From IMG/VR virus record IMGVR_UViG_3300032167_000006: a stretch of 64,000 nt of DNA; one strand, written 5' to 3'. Shown in pieces: positions 40,564 through 50,353 of the stretch (the stretch's first letter is position 1; every line of letters starts with the position of its first letter). The notes beneath the pieces were generated by a model. It saw only the letters and a program-made list of their open reading frames with translations, ran no database searches and was not told where the DNA came from. The translations under genes and the position numbers were made by a program. The DNA is from a virus. Its lineage: Duplodnaviria > Caudoviricetes.

Positions 40564-42760
40564 ATTCCTCACCAACTTTCTTACACATTACTTTACCAGC
40601 CATCATTTTTCCATTACCACGTTTATAATCATCGAGAGCCGCATTGTATTGCATTTGTAATTCATCAAACCTACCTAAAACATCACGTATATTAGTCTTA
40701 GGTTTATGAAGTCTAGGTGGTACAATTTTAGCCATGACATTAAGAACCATATCTTTTCTTTGTTTTGGTATCCTTTTAAATGTCAATCTAAGACCCATAG
40801 TTTCCATCAATGCATTAATTATTTCAGCATTTCTATTTTTAGAATTCTGATCTAATTTAATATCAATATTATATGGATCACCAACTAAAAGTTGCTCAAC
40901 AAGTCTTCTACCTTGAGGTGATGACGAATAAAGCATAAGATTCATTACAACATATTGAACTCCCATATGAAGCAAGTCACCAGATTCCATAAAACCAAAC
41001 ATGATAGGTGTTTTGGTATACTTAGCTTCATACATCTTGTTTGCTTTAGAACGTGTATTAAGATTCTTTAAGTTTGTTGCAGAAAGTGAAGTAACTGAGA
41101 ATTTTTCTTCTGCGTACTGTTTTAATCTATAATGATAGATTTTACTTACAACCATAGGTCTTAATGCTTTAACCATTCTAATATTACCATTAGAATCTTC
41201 CATAGGCATCATAATTTTATATGGTTTTATAAACTCAAATTCATCATATATTTTTTCTATAGTATCTATATTAATAGATGTAGTAAATGGTTGAGTTGTT
41301 AAAATAATAGCATCATCTTCTAAAATACTATTAATTATATTTCTACATTCAAATTCATCTTCTGGATCTATATAATAAAGCATTTCATCAGCCTGCTCTT
41401 TATCAACCATCGAGATAAATTTATATAACATTTTAACTTGTTCACCATATGTCATATGTCCTATCCTAAAATAGTCTAAAAGACGCATTCCGATAAATGA
41501 TAAAGATTGCTCATGAAGCTGTCCGATATTTTCACGGTTGATACAAGTAGACTGATTTTTAATAACCTCTACTCTTTTACCATTTTCAAGCATAGGCATT
41601 AACTCATCATCAAGTATCTGAGATACAACACCTTTACCACCGTATCTATCACACATTTTATCGCCAGGTTCCATAGGAAGTTTCTGAATAACTGTAACTT
41701 CCATAATAACATGGTTAAATACTTTTTCTTTATAGAATTGCTTACCAGAAATAATATCTCTACATCTACCATAAAATTTCTTTAAGTTATATGATAAATT
41801 AGAAGTCATAGCTAATGGTCCAACAATGTCATTAACTTCTTTACAAAATCTAAGACTTTGATTATAATAATAAAATAACTGTGCATTATAATGTGAATCT
41901 CCAAGAGCTTCAGGATTATTACAATATATATTTATATCTGCTACAGTGCCTTCCATAAGGATATTTCTATCCGAAAGCATTATATCTCTAAGATTTTGCT
42001 GACTTAAAGAATACAGTATATTTTCATTTTCCATACGACGTATAGAACAAAATATACCATTTTTAACTTCTTCTCCGATATCAGGAAATGTTTTATATAC
42101 ATTTTCATCTCCATAAAGATTAAGAAGAATATCGTTATCATTTATTGTTATAGGCGTATTTTTAACCAAAGGTATTGCTAATTTTTCAGCACATGATTTT
42201 GATAATATTATAGAGTCTTCCATATTTTGAGCACATGATACATACAACGTGGTTAAATTAATACCATTCATTTTATTACCATACTCATCAAAACCAATAG
42301 ATGTTTTAATAGGTGCACCTTTATTTATCTTATCGCCTACTCTTAAATCATCTAATTTATTATTATTCCATAAGAATCCATATGATTCAGTATTGTAATT
42401 ATATGCAACTCTTTCAATAACATCATACACACCATTTATATTATCATATATTAATAAATAATAATGATGATCTTTACCTTCAATTGTTTGAAACTTATGC
42501 ACAACGGTATAGTCTGATGGAGATGCTATATATGAAGTTGAATTTCTGCCGAATTCATTTTCATATCCAGTTTGAATAATAGGCACTTCTCCATTATAAA
42601 GCACTGTAAGATGCTCAGTATGTACTGAAGTCATTAGTGCTCTAGAACCAGAGTTGGCAGGTCTAAATGGTTGCATTGAAGTTCGTCCAAGCATATAATT
42701 ATAATTAGGTAAATAATTAGTACTTTCTATGATTTGTTCATTAATATTAATATTTGCCAT
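40502..42760 (-). CDS. rpoB: Phage multisubunit RNA polymerase beta subunit, C-terminal part
   Basis: SRALM, NMEDSIILS, GDKMCDRYGGKGVVS, RENIGQLHE, FGFME. Confidence 0.92.
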   Translation of the reverse strand: MANININEQIIESTNYLPNYNYMLGRTSMQPFRPANSGSRALMTSVHTEHLTVLYNGEVPIIQTGYENEFGRNSTSYIASPSDYTVVHKFQTIEGKDHHYYLLIYDNINGVYDVIERVAYNYNTESYGFLWNNNKLDDLRVGDKINKGAPIKTSIGFDEYGNKMNGINLTTLYVSCAQNMEDSIILSKSCAEKLAIPLVKNTPITINDNDILLNLYGDENVYKTFPDIGEEVKNGIFCSIRRMENENILYSLSQQNLRDIMLSDRNILMEGTVADINIYCNNPEALGDSHYNAQLFYYYNQSLRFCKEVNDIVGPLAMTSNLSYNLKKFYGRCRDIISGKQFYKEKVFNHVIMEVTVIQKLPMEPGDKMCDRYGGKGVVSQILDDELMPMLENGKRVEVIKNQSTCINRENIGQLHEQSLSFIGMRLLDYFRIGHMTYGEQVKMLYKFISMVDKEQADEMLYYIDPEDEFECRNIINSILEDDAIILTTQPFTTSINIDTIEKIYDEFEFIKPYKIMMPMEDSNGNIRMVKALRPMVVSKIYHYRLKQYAEEKFSVTSLSATNLKNLNTRSKANKMYEAKYTKTPIMFGFMESGDLLHMGVQYVVMNLMLYSSSPQGRRLVEQLLVGDPYNIDIKLDQNSKNRNAEIINALMETMGLRLTFKRIPKQRKDMVLNVMAKIVPPRLHKPKTNIRDVLGRFDELQMQYNAALDDYKRGNGKMMAGKVMCKKVGEEYGQVRKDVVGVGKRKSRTTE

Positions 42761-42835
42761 CTTGGTTTTCCTCCTTATAAATTATTAAAGAGATGGAATT
42801 GCTCCCATCTCTCTAATATATAATATACCATTATT

Positions 42836-43048
42836 CTATTTTTTAACAATTTCACACATTACCTTTTTACGATCATTACATTTACGATTGATGTACTCTT
42901 CTACACTCTTTTTAGGAATTTTCCATACAGTTCCAACTTTAAATGCATCAATTTCCTGATCATTTAATAACTGATATGCCGTGTTCTTTCCTATTCCAAG
43001 AATCTCACAGAGCCCATCAATTTCCATAACTAAACGCTCTTTGGGCAT
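42836..43048 (-). CDS. Excisionase/MerR-type helix-turn-helix protein
   Basis: LCEILGIGKNTAYQLL...AFKVGTVWKIPK; C-terminal KVMCEIV. Confidence 0.8.
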   Translation of the reverse strand: MPKERLVMEIDGLCEILGIGKNTAYQLLNDQEIDAFKVGTVWKIPKKSVEEYINRKCNDRKKVMCEIVKK

Positions 43049-43066
43049 ATTATATTCATCCTTTCA

Positions 43067-44311
43067 TTATACTGGTTTATTAAGTTGCTGTAATATTGCC
43101 TGATAAGGTGATACCATTCCAGCTCCAAATTGTTCTTCTATATTCTTTTTAGCTTCTCTTTCAAGAATATCTTTTGTAAGAGCATCATAGCATACAGAAA
43201 CAAACTGATTATAGAAATCTGGATTGGTATATAAAGTTTGTTTAAATTGTTTCTGAGAGAATTTAATATCACTTCCAGGAAGTTTAAGATAAGCTCCTGC
43301 TCCCTCAAGTATATTATTTTCTTTAAGATACATAAATAATGAAAGATCAGGGTCGTATCCATTATTTTGGTCAAATACTAATGTAGCACTCTTACCAGCT
43401 TTATTTGTTCTAGATTTAACTATATCTACGTTTACAATAGAACCATCTATACCAAAAGCTTCAGATTCTTTAAGTTTACTCTTTCCATCAAGTCTAAAGA
43501 TATTATTCTGAAGATAAGTTGATGTAGTTCTACCGCCAGGTAATGATTCATTCTGTTTAAGATATGCAAGGTCTGCCTTAACTGGCATGAATGAACCAAT
43601 ACCATTCATGGTAATATGGTTGATAATAAGCATAATGATATTAGCTTCTCTACACAGTGGAATTAATCTTAAGAATACATCAGAATTTGTTTTTGCAGTG
43701 ATTGCACCATTCATATTACTACCTTCATCATCTGATAATTTCTTAGGCATAATAGCTTTAAGTGAATCTAAGATATATACTGTAGGTTCAAACTTAATAA
43801 TCGGTTTACCATATTCATCTTTAATTCCTGTATCATATGTATATTCTTCAGGATTATCTACTTTAATATCATGAATAAGTCTTACACGATCATACACACT
43901 TTCTGTTGTAATACCAGCATCACGCATAATGCATCTTTTATCAAATTCTTCTTGAGATAAACCTGATAATTGAATAGCTCTACTACGAAGAAAACCTGAT
44001 TCAGCATTATCCATATATACACAAGATGTAGGGAAATTTCTAATTATATTGAAAGCCCATTGTGTACAAATAGTAGATTTACCTTCGCCTGAACGAGAAA
44101 TTACGGCATTAATTGAACCATCAACAATTCCAACTTGGAAATACTTATTATTATTAATATTAAGAATAGTACCATTAAGGAAATCTATATTAAGAAATCC
44201 AGTACTATAACCAACTGAATGTTGCTGTTCATTAATCATAGATATATCTTTAGTTTTCTTTACTTGTTCTCTAAAAGCAGCACTTAATAATGACATATTT
44301 TTGCCCTCCAT
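43067..44311 (-). CDS. recA: RecA/UvsX-like recombinase
   Basis: STGFLNIDFLNG, Walker A SRSGEGKST, Walker B ILDSL, IINH, PGG. Confidence 0.85.
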   Translation of the reverse strand: MEGKNMSLLSAAFREQVKKTKDISMINEQQHSVGYSTGFLNIDFLNGTILNINNNKYFQVGIVDGSINAVISRSGEGKSTICTQWAFNIIRNFPTSCVYMDNAESGFLRSRAIQLSGLSQEEFDKRCIMRDAGITTESVYDRVRLIHDIKVDNPEEYTYDTGIKDEYGKPIIKFEPTVYILDSLKAIMPKKLSDDEGSNMNGAITAKTNSDVFLRLIPLCREANIIMLIINHITMNGIGSFMPVKADLAYLKQNESLPGGRTTSTYLQNNIFRLDGKSKLKESEAFGIDGSIVNVDIVKSRTNKAGKSATLVFDQNNGYDPDLSLFMYLKENNILEGAGAYLKLPGSDIKFSQKQFKQTLYTNPDFYNQFVSVCYDALTKDILEREAKKNIEEQFGAGMVSPYQAILQQLNKPV

Positions 44312-44419
44312 TAAAACATAATTTATTTTATAATTACAAAAATGTACTAGACGAAATAAATTATTACAATTTCATAAAGGTATCGTATAACAAAAAATAA
44401 AGAATTGATAGTAATTTAA

Positions 44420-44445
44420 TACGGTAGGGAATTAACCCTACCGTA
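44420..44445 (-). terminator. Intrinsic terminator hairpin
   Basis: TACGGTAGGG / CCCTACCGTA. Confidence 0.7.
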
Positions 44446-44455
44446 CTATATTTTA

Positions 44456-44800
44456 CTAATTATTTTCTTCAGATTCTCCTGCCCATTCAAGCAATTCTTC
44501 TTTTTGATTTGGAGATAGTTCTTCTGCTTCTTTAGAAATTAATAAATGAGCCATGCAAACATCTCCATTCACATATATAGATTTCCATTTTGTTATTAAT
44601 TCAAGATTCATTTTAGACTCTTCACATCCAAAACAACCTATACAGTTTTTTCTTAATTGCTTTCTTTTTTCAATAACCAGTTCTTCATTTTCTAATACAG
44701 GTTCTTTATAATTTAAAACCTCACAACACTCTTTAATTGTGTCTAGGTCCACAGAACTATCATAAAGTCTACCAGTATAAAAACCAATTCTTGTTGCCAT
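44456..44800 (-). CDS. Hypothetical protein
   Basis: 114 aa, Cys cluster, AGGAG SD. Confidence 0.7.
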   Translation of the reverse strand: MATRIGFYTGRLYDSSVDLDTIKECCEVLNYKEPVLENEELVIEKRKQLRKNCIGCFGCEESKMNLELITKWKSIYVNGDVCMAHLLISKEAEELSPNQKEELLEWAGESEENN

Positions 44801-44821
44801 ATTATTTCTCCTAACATCTGT

Positions 44822-45772
44822 TTACGGAACTATGATATTTTCATATACTCTAAGTCTATCAATCATATCATTTATTTTTTGATAATCATCAGATAATCTT
44901 CTCATACTAAATCTAACCGGCTTTCCATAATGGACTAGCTTATACGATTCTGTATAATTCAATAATACATGTCTAATATTATCACTAGTAAACTCATTAA
45001 GTATATCTAATACAGCAAGAGATAATGTTGAATCTACCTCTTGTATATCATCAGTTATCCAATGAGTTGACTCATCCGCATCATCATAATCATCTAAAAC
45101 ATCCATCATTATATGAGGGAATATTTTAACATAATTTCTCTGATCTCTATCAAGCTCATATAAAATCTTTAAGATTTGTACTATGGTTTCTTGAGTCATG
45201 ATTGATTTATGCTGACCAATTATAATAAAATTAACTCTCTTAACACATACCTTAGGATTAAGATTAGACCATCTTGCTATAAGAAGTAAGTTAGCTACAT
45301 TATTATTTAATCCAAGTCCAAGTAATCTTGGAAGATATGGTGCATTAATAATATTAGCAAGCATATACATTCTGCTTACAACAGCAGGATTTTTATTCAC
45401 ATGGCTAAATGTGATATAATCATAACAAATATTATTTATCTTGGCAATATTATCTCTATCAAAATAGTTACCTTGATGAATATAACGTTGTACTACATCA
45501 ATAAATGCATCTAAGAATCTTACATTTGTAAAACAGTTAATATAATCTGCTGATTCTTTAGAACCAAAGAATATATTATTTAATATAGTCCTAAATGAGT
45601 TTTGAACAAACATACGAAGTTCAGTATCATTCATATTATTCATATCATATATTGATCCTAAGAGGATTGATTTATTGAACGATGGTGAATTTGCAGGTAC
45701 TATTTTTACCATCTCCACTAAATGTTTTTCATCATAGTTTTTCTTATCTTCCCAGTATTTTTCAAATGCCAT
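44822..45772 (-). CDS. Hypothetical helical protein downstream of tubulin
   Basis: 316 aa, GGGAGG SD, N-terminal VEMVKIVP motif. Confidence 0.8.
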   Translation of the reverse strand: MAFEKYWEDKKNYDEKHLVEMVKIVPANSPSFNKSILLGSIYDMNNMNDTELRMFVQNSFRTILNNIFFGSKESADYINCFTNVRFLDAFIDVVQRYIHQGNYFDRDNIAKINNICYDYITFSHVNKNPAVVSRMYMLANIINAPYLPRLLGLGLNNNVANLLLIARWSNLNPKVCVKRVNFIIIGQHKSIMTQETIVQILKILYELDRDQRNYVKIFPHIMMDVLDDYDDADESTHWITDDIQEVDSTLSLAVLDILNEFTSDNIRHVLLNYTESYKLVHYGKPVRFSMRRLSDDYQKINDMIDRLRVYENIIVP

Positions 45773-45810
45773 ATTAATTACCTCCCTTAAAAGTCAATGA
45801 AGAGGATAAA

Positions 45811-46989
45811 TTAATATTCATCCTCTTCTGTTACAACATTATTCACTGCTCTTTTTGCTGGTGTACCGCCCTGTTCTTTAGTATCAGTATTACCAAAGTT
45901 AGCTAATACATCATCAGGATTTCTCATTTGAGGAATATTGGTTTCTTCAATATCATCATCGAAATCCATATCTCCAAATATATCAGAAAATCCTTTAACT
46001 TCACTGTTAAGTTTTTCTTTAAGAGTATCATATTTTCTAACCATACTCTTAATACCATCTTCAGGATAAAGAAGACCTGCTACAACTATATCCATATATT
46101 CTTTAGAATCATCATATTGAATATGACGGAATATTTCAAGAGGTTCTCCTGTATACCTTTTAATAACTTCAAATCTATTATCGATAGCATCTTGAGTTTT
46201 CTGTGTTGCGTTAATAATAACAGCAAGACGTTTACAACCCTTATTACTATATTCCATACAACTCATTGATTCAAATGAATCAATAATTGCCTGATTTGTA
46301 AGTTCTATATTTTTAGCTCCCTCAAGATCTACATGACGAATATCCATATAACCAGATGTAGTTATAATCTTATAATGATCTGTATCATCTATATTCTGAT
46401 TTGACGGAATCATTTTAGAACCAATAAGAATTTCTAATTGTTCTACAAATTCTTTATTGGCTGCAATTTCTGCTTTAGAATAATTCTTAGTAAAATCTAA
46501 GAATTTAGAATTATCTATAGTATGAAGAATAACTCCATCGGGAAGATCTTTAAAGAACTTCAAGCTGTTATTAATTCCTCTAACTTCATCTTGAAATCCT
46601 ATAAATGCAAATACATGCACAGGTATATTTAATGCTGTAAAGTATTTTGCAATTACAGGGGTTGCTCCACAACCAGTACCGCCTTCAACAGATGTTACAA
46701 GAACAACTGCTTTAGTATTAGGATTAATAAGAGCACTAAAATCAATATCTCTATCTCTTATAGCCTGGAACATAGCTTTCTGACCTTTAACAGGTTCTTT
46801 ACCACATCCACCAAGCATAGAGCTAAATTTAATAATCTTTTCAGGCTCTTTCTTATATTTCTCAGGAATATCTTTAACTGTTGTATTTACGAGTTTTACA
46901 TTATCCTCGTTTATAATTTTTGCTTCTAATGCTGCAATAGCTGCTTTATTACCTGCAGCTCCTACACCAAATAATGCTAAATCCATCAT
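45811..46989 (-). CDS. Tubulin/FtsZ-family GTPase (PhuZ/TubZ-like)
   Basis: GVGAAGN, GCGK, T4-loop variant EGGTGCG, T7-loop NIDDTD, acidic C-tail. Confidence 0.88.
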   Translation of the reverse strand: MMDLALFGVGAAGNKAAIAALEAKIINEDNVKLVNTTVKDIPEKYKKEPEKIIKFSSMLGGCGKEPVKGQKAMFQAIRDRDIDFSALINPNTKAVVLVTSVEGGTGCGATPVIAKYFTALNIPVHVFAFIGFQDEVRGINNSLKFFKDLPDGVILHTIDNSKFLDFTKNYSKAEIAANKEFVEQLEILIGSKMIPSNQNIDDTDHYKIITTSGYMDIRHVDLEGAKNIELTNQAIIDSFESMSCMEYSNKGCKRLAVIINATQKTQDAIDNRFEVIKRYTGEPLEIFRHIQYDDSKEYMDIVVAGLLYPEDGIKSMVRKYDTLKEKLNSEVKGFSDIFGDMDFDDDIEETNIPQMRNPDDVLANFGNTDTKEQGGTPAKRAVNNVVTEEDEY

Positions 46990-47066
46990 ATTATTTTCCT
47001 CCTTAAATTACTTTAATAAATAATTTACCCGTGCCGTATTATTGGCACGGGTGATTGTACTAATAA

Positions 47067-47195
47067 TTACTTATCAGTTTCTTCTTTGCTTTCAGCAGAA
47101 GATTCGTTTACAGTTGCATTTTCTTCTTCAGATAACATTACAGGTTCCATAAATTCACCCTGTTCTCTGATAATGCCATAATTTTTATCACACAT
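47067..47195 (-). CDS. Small acidic protein (42 aa), not in the ORF track
   Basis: MCDKNYGIIREQGEFMEPVMLSEEENATVNESSAESKEETDK with AGGAGG SD and upstream promoter motifs. Confidence 0.65.
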   Translation of the reverse strand: MCDKNYGIIREQGEFMEPVMLSEEENATVNESSAESKEETDK

Positions 47196-47433
47196 ATAAA
47201 GTTCCTCCTTTTGTGCTAAATATTATTTATATTAGTGTAGAAAATATTACACTTAATTACAGTATTATATTATACAATTAAAAATAAAATTATCAAAACA
47301 AAAAGTTTTATCCGGATGGATTAACCATCCGGAGTCAACTCTTTACAAGGGGCGTGTGTCTAAGGTTAAAACCAAAATGTAACTCATAATATAATTCGGC
47401 AGAAATTATATTACTATTTAGTTATAATGATTA

Positions 47434-47670
47434 TTATTTATTACATACAGGTTTTAATGCGCCATGTAAAGGATTTATTGTACAATGATATATTTTATTT
47501 TGGGGATTTGGGTATACACTATAATCTAAATTATTTAAAAACTCATCATAATCTTTCATATGTGGTTCTTTACAAGATTTAACAGTATTATGAATTTCAT
47601 ATAATGGATCATTATATGTAGCCTTAGGGCTATTAAATACATCTGCAATTGAATTATACATTGGTTTCAT
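47434..47670 (-). CDS. Hypothetical protein
   Basis: 78 aa, overlaps the upstream ORF. Confidence 0.55.
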   Translation of the reverse strand: MKPMYNSIADVFNSPKATYNDPLYEIHNTVKSCKEPHMKDYDEFLNNLDYSVYPNPQNKIYHCTINPLHGALKPVCNK

Positions 47671-48571
47671 CCTTTCTAACTATTATACACATTTCTTTCT
47701 TAGGCATGCTATAATACGGAATATAATTATACATATATGGATTATACATTCTTGCAGCAATAGGCTGATAACCAACTACACTATCATAATAGTATGAAGC
47801 AGCATTTAAATCCAAATATACATTAATTCCAGTTTGTTTGGTAAATAGAGTTTCTTTAATATTTATTTCGCCATTTCTATATTTAGTTGTAATAATTAAG
47901 TCTTTAGGATATGTATTTAAATTTATAGGCAAATTAATATATTTACAAATATCACTTTGTTTAAATGGTTTAAGTTTAACATACCCTGGAGCATATATTC
48001 TTTGAGATGGGTGGATATGTTTTTGTATATCATATAAATCTACTATATAATGCTTATAGTAGATTTCATCTTTAGCTTCAGTATATCCTTCAATATGTCT
48101 AAGATCAGCAAGAAAGTATTCAAAACATTTCCATCTATCACATACTGTTGTACCAAGGGCACCAATATATGGGAAAGCTTGAGATTCTGGATGATAGCAC
48201 TTATCTATTATATTTCTCCAGATCTTATGTTCTGATACAAAATGGTATGGATCTGCAAATCCTAAATATGAAGGATCGTAGTTTAAATCTGGTATATATT
48301 TAGCTAAAGCCCCAGATATTAATCTATCTATTGGAACTATAGAATTAGTTGCTAATAAATTTTCTTCTTTATCAAAGATATCTACCTTTACTAAAGTAAT
48401 TTTATATTCTCCATATCCATCCTCATAGTTTCTTTGATTATCTGCAATTTCTTTTACTAAGGTAAAATACTTTGATTTATATGCTCTAAAGTAATCTCCT
48501 ACATGCAGAATTGTGCTTTCATCAAATTTTAATACTTGTTGTTTCATTTTTGTGTATCTCTCCTTAGACAT
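47654..48571 (-). CDS. HNH homing-endonuclease-like protein, probably degenerate
   Basis: WRNIIDKCY...YIGALGTTVCDRWKCFEYFLADL matches the phage HNH-type W..M..RC...YGGRGI.VC.RW..F..F..DM block; the DRID/N..Y.P.N segment is diverged. Confidence 0.55.
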   Translation of the reverse strand: MSKERYTKMKQQVLKFDESTILHVGDYFRAYKSKYFTLVKEIADNQRNYEDGYGEYKITLVKVDIFDKEENLLATNSIVPIDRLISGALAKYIPDLNYDPSYLGFADPYHFVSEHKIWRNIIDKCYHPESQAFPYIGALGTTVCDRWKCFEYFLADLRHIEGYTEAKDEIYYKHYIVDLYDIQKHIHPSQRIYAPGYVKLKPFKQSDICKYINLPINLNTYPKDLIITTKYRNGEINIKETLFTKQTGINVYLDLNAASYYYDSVVGYQPIAARMYNPYMYNYIPYYSMPKKEMCIIVRKDETNV

Positions 48572-48911
48572 CTATGCTTTTTAATTAAGTCCCATGATTA
48601 TTAATTATAATTTATCACGATATTCTCACTCGCGTTTAAACCTTCTGTAGCACGCCTTTAGCGTGCGGCGATAATTTATTTTTATTATTAATTATATTAT
48701 TTATTAATTAATATTTATTTGTTGGCCGTAGGCCCACTTATTTATAAAAGTTAATATGTTTATCTGTTCGCTCTTACTCCGAGAACGTGTCTCTTTTATC
48801 ATCATGTATACCCCCTATGTAAAACTTTACATTTAACAATTTTACGTTAGTATAAGTAATTTCGGACAAATAATTAATAAATTACAGAATAATCTTATAG
48901 GAGGAAATGCT

Positions 48912-49640
48912 ATGAATCAACAAAGATTAGAATGTGAAAGACTTATCTATAAAATTATGGATACATTAGATCCATCAGGTAAGAATAGAGAATTCTGGAT
49001 GGAAGAATTTTCAAATATGAGTGATGAACAATTTAAAAAATATATGTCAGGTCATTATCCATTATATTACCAAACTGGAGCTTTTAAAGAACCAAGTATG
49101 GATCAAATTAATAAAGCTCTTAAAGAAATTAATGTACCATTATTAGAATCAGTATATATGCCATATAAATATAAGAATCCCAAAACAGGTAAACCTGTAA
49201 AAAGTAAACCTTGTCTTGTAGTGTATTATCATGAAAAGAGAATGAAACAGATATTAACTAAAAAGAATAGTGCTTCTATATCTGCAGATACTAGAGATAT
49301 GAAAACAGGTTTACTTACTGGTATTGATAAGAATGGTAAAGAATCTGATAGAGAATTTGAATCACTTGCAGTATCAGGATTAATGAAAACTGCAGAAGAA
49401 TTAAGTAGACCTAGAGCTGACTCTATGGATGATAAAGATCTTATGAATAATATAATTAAGAATCTTGGTCAAGTAACATTATCAGAATTACCTGAAAATG
49501 TAGATGACTCTTTATCAAAAAATTTATTAAATGCTTATTTTATTGGCGCTCAGTTATACAGTAACATTGTAGAAAAAGATAGCTACATGTTACCATATAC
49601 AGCAAAAGATAAAGAACTTAAAGTTCAAAGAGTTGATTAA
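48912..49640 (+). CDS. C-terminal fragment of a second RNAP beta subunit (probably virion RNAP)
   Basis: MKQILTKK...DMKTGLLTG..KNGKESDREFESLAVSG...ELSRPRADS...SKNLLNAYF parallels the beta C-terminus (QQPLGG..GGQRFGEME.WAL..G...LQE..T.KSDD...SF.VL); GACA-N6-TA promoter at 48865-48876. Confidence 0.7.
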   Translation: MNQQRLECERLIYKIMDTLDPSGKNREFWMEEFSNMSDEQFKKYMSGHYPLYYQTGAFKEPSMDQINKALKEINVPLLESVYMPYKYKNPKTGKPVKSKPCLVVYYHEKRMKQILTKKNSASISADTRDMKTGLLTGIDKNGKESDREFESLAVSGLMKTAEELSRPRADSMDDKDLMNNIIKNLGQVTLSELPENVDDSLSKNLLNAYFIGAQLYSNIVEKDSYMLPYTAKDKELKVQRVD

Positions 49641-49661
49641 AAAAATAATTAAAGTAATTCA

Positions 49662-49693
49662 TATACCCAGTACGGATGTCCGTACTGGGTATA
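49662..49693. terminator. Bidirectional terminator
   Basis: 15-bp inverted repeat between convergent genes. Confidence 0.75.
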
Positions 49694-49703
49694 ATATCTT
49701 CAA

Positions 49704-49943
49704 TTATTTTTCAGGTTTAAAAGAATGATCATAATGACGATCTTTTGTTTTAGCAGCAATTTCCATACACGCTGTCATTTCAACATATCTACATACAAGA
49801 TATACTATCCATAACATAGCTGCTGTCCAAATGCAATTCATATACCATGTAAATGCATATGCATCTGTTACTGCGATTACTGCGAATAATGCGTTTATAA
49901 TTACGCATGCCAATGTGATAAGTCTTAAAATAGTCGATTTCAT
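49704..49943 (-). CDS. Small membrane protein (2 TM)
   Basis: Two hydrophobic segments, AAGGAG SD. Confidence 0.7.
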   Translation of the reverse strand: MKSTILRLITLACVIINALFAVIAVTDAYAFTWYMNCIWTAAMLWIVYLVCRYVEMTACMEIAAKTKDRHYDHSFKPEK

Positions 49944-49968
49944 TTTTAAGTTCTCCTTTAAATTTAAA

Positions 49969-50214
49969 TTATTTGTTTTCGATTATTTTGTTAAATTCTT
50001 CATTTGTAACGATTACGATAAATAAGTTATCGCCTCTATCATATGATATAAGGAAATCGCCACCATTAAAACCTTTGTCTTTCGACATGTCGATCATGCT
50101 ATGAATTTCTTTTCTATCATAGCCACAATCTGTTAAGTTGATTACCAAATCTACTACTGATAATCTTGCCATGTTTACTGTGAATTCTTTTGCTGTGTTA
50201 GTTGAGTTGTCCAT
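49969..50214 (-). CDS. Hypothetical protein (early-type promoter)
   Basis: 81 aa, AGGAG SD. Confidence 0.7.
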   Translation of the reverse strand: MDNSTNTAKEFTVNMARLSVVDLVINLTDCGYDRKEIHSMIDMSKDKGFNGGDFLISYDRGDNLFIVIVTNEEFNKIIENK

Positions 50215-50280
50215 TGTTTTGTTCTCCTAATTATGTAAAATATTTAATTTGTAAGATTATTCTTTTGCTTCTTACACTAT

Positions 50281-50313
50281 TATATTATATAATTAAATAT
50301 ACGTACTTTTACA
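50281..50313 (-). promoter_or_regulatory. Early-type promoter; 33-bp exact repeat with 33326-33358
   Basis: Identical 33-mer. Confidence 0.65.
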
Positions 50314-50353
50314 CATTCGACATTTAGATAATTGATAGAGGGAGGTACTATAA

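Noticed and set aside
3162-42760. Introns or inteins in the RNAP, polymerase or terminase genes, as in AR9
   Set aside because: The ORFs are continuous, with expected motif order and no intein termini or LAGLIDADG inserts.
42836-43048. Excisionase indicating a prophage or integration module
   Set aside because: No integrase or att site in the window; it sits in the recA-RNAP operon, so a regulator is more likely.
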